A DNA stretch of 64,000 nucleotides from NCBI RefSeq assembly GCF_009914755.1, contig NC_060930.1; one strand, written 5' to 3'. The translations under genes and the position numbers were made by a program. Under the pieces are notes generated by a model that saw nothing but the letters and a program-made list of their open reading frames with translations, searched no databases and had not been told where the DNA came from. The stretch comes from the human T2T-CHM13v2.0 reference genome, Homo sapiens. This document shows positions 56,137 to 64,000 of the stretch, piece after piece. Each line of letters begins with the position of its first letter. Positions within the stretch are counted from its first letter, which is position 1.

Positions 56137-59102
56137 CAACAAACACATAATTTAGTTTCTCCCTCATCTTTTTCTTAAGAAAGAAGCCAAAAATTTCTTT
56201 ATTTTTACCAAGGTGTACAATAAAATGCTACAGTACTATGAATATACCGTACAGATGTCATTGTCTCTTTAGTCCTGGCAGAACCAGCCCCAGGCAAGAT
56301 TGTGAAGGAGAAGATTGACATTGACATCACCAGACCTACTTTAGGCAGTTTTTTCCTCCTCTTCAGAATACTTTTTTTTTTTTTTTGCATCCTTCAGGAA
56401 CTCTATATCATTGTGAAATTCCCTGACCCCTGCCAATTAAATTTGCTCTCAGTAAAGGGTTCAGTCTCACTTGTTCATTTCTCACTGTCCGTTTAAAGAA
56501 AGGTATTACTTTACCAGGGTTCTTGACATTTTACTCCTTTCTAATTGTGGAATCAGTGGCTTTGTCCTTTCGAAAGCCAGATCAACTACTAAAGTAAACT
56601 TGTCTTCTAATGTACAAGTCAAAGCTTCCCTGGCTGTGTGAGAAAAGAAAGAAAATGAAACTTACCAAAGAGTCATTTCTATAAGCAAACATGACTGATT
56701 GAGAGATTAATGCCCAATTAGTGATTCCTCAGTCACCAATTAAACCTTCTGATCACTCAGTCAATAATGATGGTGGTTACTGTACACAGGGCTTGTCATT
56801 GTTTGCAGATCTGTCTCTTAGCTTTATGACCAGTGCAACACATTGTTCAAACTGAGCCATGTCAACCTTAATCGTTTCACACTAAATAGCTCGTCTGCTG
56901 CTGTCATTCCCAGGTATTAATATTGATTCAAGCCCTCTACATTGTCTCCTTCTAGCCTTTCTTCTTTCCACATTTGATAGGATTATTTGCACTATTTCAC
57001 TCCGTCATATAGCTACCATTTTAGCACTCAACAGTTTTCTGTGACCCTCATGTGATAAACCTACCCCTGGGAATCTAACTTCAGATTTCTGGATTGTAGA
57101 CTTTGGCTGCTCCAATGCTTTAACTTAGATCTTTTCCTAATTTTTCTAGATTATCCATAAGGGAAAGATATACAGAGGTCCAGTGTAAGCATATGGTGAG
57201 CATCCATTCTTTAAATAGCCAAGGGTAATTCAGAAGCAGATTTTCCTGAAAATGAAAGGAAGAATAATATATACCTTTTGATTGATATCTCACTTTTATT
57301 TTTAAAAAGTTCCTGAAGAAGAAAACAAGTATCTGGTCACCACTACAAATTCATACTATATACAAATAGGAGTGGCATCTGGGGTTTACAGAAATTTGTA
57401 GGGAAGCACATTTGGTGTGTACAAAAAAGACCCACCAGGAGGGATGTTAAATAACATTGAGAAAGATGTATTTTTCTAAACCACTAAGGTGATTTTTATT
57501 TCTATTTTATATCTTTAATGTCTGCAAGGGAAATGTGTACAAGTTTACTAATACATGAGTATTACTATATGGAAGTAGATATGAATTACCATTATATATA
57601 AATACCTGTTCTGTCTGTCTCTCTTTCTCCTACCCACTTCTCTCTCTTTCTCCAGGGATTTCAGATTATAGTTCTACCTTTTGGGAAATTTTTCTAAGAC
57701 TTGAAAAAGATTTGCATTTCTTCATACTTTAATGTTTTTAGTAGATACATGCAAATAAAACTAGCTCACAACATGAGGTTTAATTTCTATAACTTTTTCT
57801 TGATTTATAATCTGAAGTTGGTTTTGAACATGTGAGCTAAAAGAAGACTCTACATTGCATTACCAATCTGCTAAGCCATACAAGTTTCTGTCTATAATTA
57901 TTTATGAAATTATATTAGAATATATGAAAATCAGCTTCATTTAAATTATTTATTTTAATATGTTTTCAAAAATGAAATTATACATTAAGGGTTCTAGCAC
58001 ATGACCTCCAGATGTACTCAATATAAAATTGATAAAGGAGTAATATAATTAAATATTCATTCATTAAGGAGATTACAGAGGGCAACAGTGATGTAAAGGA
58101 TTGTATTAAATAGGGTTACATTAGTAAAAAAAAAAGTCCTCTCGTGCAATTATAATGATTATAAGCACTGGACATGCAAGAAACTTCCTTAACATGCCTG
58201 CAGAAATTCATTTAAAGGTTGTTATGTTGATGGATAATTATGTTCAGCTATTCAGTGACCTCCTCCCCGGGCCTGGCTCCAAGATGGAGATTCATGACTG
58301 ATGCGCTTGAACTTGTCTGATTCAAGAGTTAGAAACTTTTTTTTTCTCTGAGTGCACCCTAACAGACTTTTGTAGTGATATAGCTATACCAAAACTTGGG
58401 TATGATTTAGTGTTTTTTAAATTACCATGAGATTTTACTTCCATATTTGTGCAACACATATTTTACCTCATCAAATAATCAACGTTTTTTTTGAGAGTCA
58501 CCGCCATGTGCAATAGCCGATTCCCAAGTGAGAAATGTGGCATGCCATCTTCTCATTTAAAGTTCATACATACAGTACGTTTGAGGAGAACATTTCTTTA
58601 GGAAACTGCTTCTCTAAAGAGCCTAATTTGCACTTACGTACAGGGAAAGGAAACCATGACCCTTGCTATCACAATCTTCTTCCTACGCACTTCCAGAATC
58701 TTTCTTTTAGGAGGGTTTGGCAATATTTGTGGAACACTAAGCATGTGGTAGAGTGGATCTCTTTATAAAAAAGATGTAAAATGAGACACATCTGGATACT
58801 TGCATAATACATTCAGAGCAGTAACAATTAAAGCAATATCTTAACATTTAAGTAATGCAGAAATGCAGAGATTTGGACAAAACAACAAAGGCACACCTGA
58901 AGACCATCTTATTACAGGACATTTTTATGATGCTACAGAGACAATCTACTCAAATGTATTAAAACTAATAAAGGAGATAGCTTTTCTTTCATGGTGTGTA
59001 TACACAAACACTGCAATATTAAGTTCATTGCTTTCATTGCAATGACTATTATGATGGTCATTATTTTAATTTTCAAATAAAAAGGTATTTTTAGAGTTCA
59101 GG

Positions 59103-59504
59103 TATATTAGTTTGCTAGGGTTTCTGTAGCAAAGTACCACAAACGAGTGACTTAACAGAAATTTATTGTCTTACAATCTGAAGGCAACAAGTCCAAAATC
59201 AAGGTGTGGGCAGGGTGGATCTTTCTGAGGCCTTTGAACAAAGGATCTGTTCCAGATTTCTGTCCTTGGCTTGTCAATGGCCATCTTCTCCCTATGGCAT
59301 CTTCCTTTTATGCATGTCTTTGTGTACAAAATTCCCCTTATTGTAAGAACCCTAGTCATGTAGGATTAAGACCCACCTTAAAGACCTCATTTGATCTTAA
59401 TGACCTCTGCAAAAACTCTATCTTCAGATAAGGTCACATTCTGAGGTATGGGTGTTAGGACTTCAACAGGTAAATTTTGGAGGAACACAATCCAATGCAT
59501 GGCA
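59103..59504 (-). mobile_element. MLT1B-like LTR
   Basis: tatattagtttgctaggg..caaagtaccacaaac..aaggtcacattctgaggta..ttaggacttcaaca. Confidence 0.88.
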
Positions 59505-59509
59505 TATTT

Positions 59510-61415
<1,906 letters not shown>

Positions 61416-61417
61416 CT

Positions 61418-61938
61418 GAAAGATAGGTTGATGGGACCCTTGCTCTCATGGCTAAGGGGGTGGAACCCTTGGCCTCATAGGATGAGGAGGTGGGGCCACC
61501 TTCCTGTTTGGCTCAGGAACATCTAGCTACAGGGATTAGTCTCAGGCCTTGAAATCTAATAGAATGTACTTTTCTGGATTTCAGACTTGTTTGTGACTCT
61601 TTATTTTCTTATAATTTAACACTTTTGGAATGGGAATGTCTATTCTATACTTGTCCCACCATTGCATTTTTGAAGCGGATAGACTGTTTTCTAGGTTTCA
61701 CCCATCCACAGATAGAGAAGAATTTTGTCCCAAAGTGGACCGTATACAGGGTCTCCCCTGTAGCTGATTTCAATGATCCAGAACATGAATTTCAGCACTT
61801 TTTGAATTAATTCTATTTAGATATCATCTTGGATTTATAGTTGATGCTGAAATGGATTAACACTTTTGGGGATATTGGGAGGGGGCGAATGTATTTTGCA
61901 TGTGAGAAGCACATGAATATGGTGGAGGGGCAGATAGC
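61418..61938 (+). mobile_element. MLT1-int (MaLR internal) 3' fragment
   Basis: tctcaggccttgaaatctaat..ttttggaatgggaatgtctat..aatgtattttgcatgtgagaag, with a purine-rich PPT just before the LTR. Confidence 0.75.
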
Positions 61939-62378
61939 TGGCAATTTTGGGTTAAACTGTGTCCTCCTAAAAAGATATGTTGAAGTGCTAACATGCAGAC
62001 CTGTGAATATAACCTTATTTGGAAATAGGGTCTTTGCATATATAATCAAGATTATGTTTATATTGGATTAGGATAGAAGGGTTCCTTACAAGAAGAAGGG
62101 AATTTGAACACAGACACATGGGAGACATTCCATGTGAAGATGAAAGTACAGACTGGAGTGATGTGTATACAAGCCAAGAAACACCAAGGATTGCCAGGAG
62201 CTATTAGAACCCAGAAGAGGCCAGGAAGGATAATCCTCTAGGGACTTTAGAGAGAGCGTGGCTCAGCCAACACTTTTATCTCAGACTTGTAATCTCCAGA
62301 TATGTGAAAAACAAATTTCTGTTGTTTTGAGTCACCAAGTTTGTGTAACTTGTTTCTGTAGCCTGAGAAGTTATTAAA
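61939..62378 (+). mobile_element. MLT1C 3' LTR
   Basis: aaagatatgttgaagt..ccttatttggaaatagggtctttgca..caagccaagaaacaccaaggattgcc. Confidence 0.85.
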
Positions 62379-62549
62379 AAGAAAGAAAACAAAATTTACT
62401 TTTATTCTTATGTTAGCCATTTCCAGTGCTCCTTATTCATTCTTATAAATATATATTTCAATTTGATATTATTTTTCTTGTTCCAGAATGACTTCCTTAA
62501 ATATTTTTTGTACTGTTAATGTGATGGCAATAGATTCCCTTTGCTTCTT

Positions 62550-64000
62550 TTCTTTTTTTCTGTTGATTCTTTATGGGTATATAGTTGGAGTAAATATTTG
62601 TGGGTTACATGCAATATTTGGATCTAGGCATGCAATGTGTACTAATCACATCAGGGTAAATGGGGTATCCATTACCTCAAGCACTTATCCTTTGTGTTAC
62701 AAACAATCCAATTATACTCTTTCAGTTATTTTAAAATGTACATTTAAATTATTTTTGACTATAGTCCTACTGTTGTGCTAGCAGGTCTTATTCATTCTTT
62801 CTATATTTTGTACCTATTAACCATTCCCACTTCTCCCCCATTCCCTCTGGTAACCATCCTTCTGCTCTCTAACTGTCTCCATGAGTTCAATTGTTTTCAT
62901 TTTTAGCTCCTGCAAATAAGTAAGACCATGTGAATTTTCTTTGTGTTCCTGGCTTATTTCACTTAACCCAATGACCTTGAGTTCCACCCGTGTTGTTGCA
63001 GATGACAAGATCTCATTCTTATTTTTATGGCTGGATGGTACTTTATTGTGTATATGTACCACATTTTCTTTATCCATTCATCAGTTGATGGACACTTAGA
63101 TTGCCTCCAAATCTTGCATATTGTAAATAGTGCTGTAACAAACATAGGAGTGCATGTATCTCTTCAATATACTGATTTCCTTTCTTTTGGGTATATACCT
63201 AGGAGTGAGATTGCTGCATTGTATGGTAGCTGTATTTTTATTTTTTTTGAGGAACCCCAAACTCTTCTCCATAGTGGTTGTACTAAGTTTCATTCCCACC
63301 AACAGTGTACAGGGGTTCCCCTCTCTCCATATCCTTGCCAGCATTTGTTATTGCCTGACTTTTGGATAAAAGTCATACTAAATAAGGTGAGATGATATCT
63401 CATTGTAGTTTTGATTTGCATTTCTCTGATGATCAATGATGTTGAGCACCTTTCTATATATTTGTTTGCCATTTATCTATATTATTTTGAGAAATATGTA
63501 TTCAGGCTTTTTGCCCATTTTTAATTCAATTATTGTATGTTTTCCTATAGTGCCGTTTGAGTTCATTATGTATTCTGGTTATTAATCCCTTGTCAGATGG
63601 GTAGTTTTCAAATATGTTCTTCCATTCTGTATGTTGTCTCTTCACTTTGTTGATTGTTTCCTTTGCAGTGCTGAAGATTTTTAAATCAACGTAATCCTAT
63701 TTGTCCATCTTTTCTTTGGTTGCTTATGCTTGTAAGGTATTACTCAAAAAAATCTTTGCCCAGTTCAACGTCCTAGAAGCTTTCCCCAATGTTTTCCTTT
63801 AGTAGTTTTATAGTATGAGGTCTCAGACATAAGTCTTCAGTCCATTTTGATTTGATTTTTGTATATGGTGAGAGATAAGGGTCTAGCTTCATTCTTCTGC
63901 GTATGGATATTCAATTTCCCCAACATTACTTATTGAAGAGATGATCCTTTCCCCAATATATGTTCATGGCACCTTTGTCAAAAATGTGTTCACTGTAGAT
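62550..64000 (-). mobile_element. L1MA2/3-like 3' end running off the window
   Basis: aatcacatcagggtaaatggggtatcc..tgttacaaacaatccaattatactc; ORFs at 63096-63472(-) give L1 ORF2 C-terminal motifs (REMQIKTTMRYHLT, HCWWE). Confidence 0.9.

Noticed and set aside
56205-56390. 61-aa minus-strand ORF or possible exon
   Set aside because: Begins in a poly-T-derived Lys run, has a poor acceptor and no recognisable protein similarity

Overview
This is AT-rich, CpG-poor primate (human-like) non-coding DNA, either intergenic or deep intronic. It is dominated by transposable elements: 12 Alus, old L1M/L1MA LINEs, L2/MIR relics, MaLR LTRs (MLT1, MST, THE1), ERV1 solo LTRs (LTR27/MER52-like, MER57, MER67), an MLT2/HERVL remnant, and DNA-transposon MITEs (MER75 piggyBac, MER47A, MER30). 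I can support no host protein-coding exon, structural RNA gene, CpG island or CRISPR array; the ORF track reflects Alu/L1/ERV remnants or chance ORFs. I found no convincing new biological system. The observations most worth following up are: (i) a probable LF-SINE relic at ~50.97-51.24 kb, at the start of a TE-poor block that also holds an enhancer-like motif cluster; (ii) an L1MA1/2 copy with both ends and TSDs but lacking ORF1 and part of RT; (iii) a twin-primed (5'-inverted) L1MA within a four-layer nest; (iv) local duplications, one carrying a perfected 24-bp palindrome. Family names come from recalled consensus sequences and need RepeatMasker/Dfam confirmation. Boundaries without TSDs are approximate.
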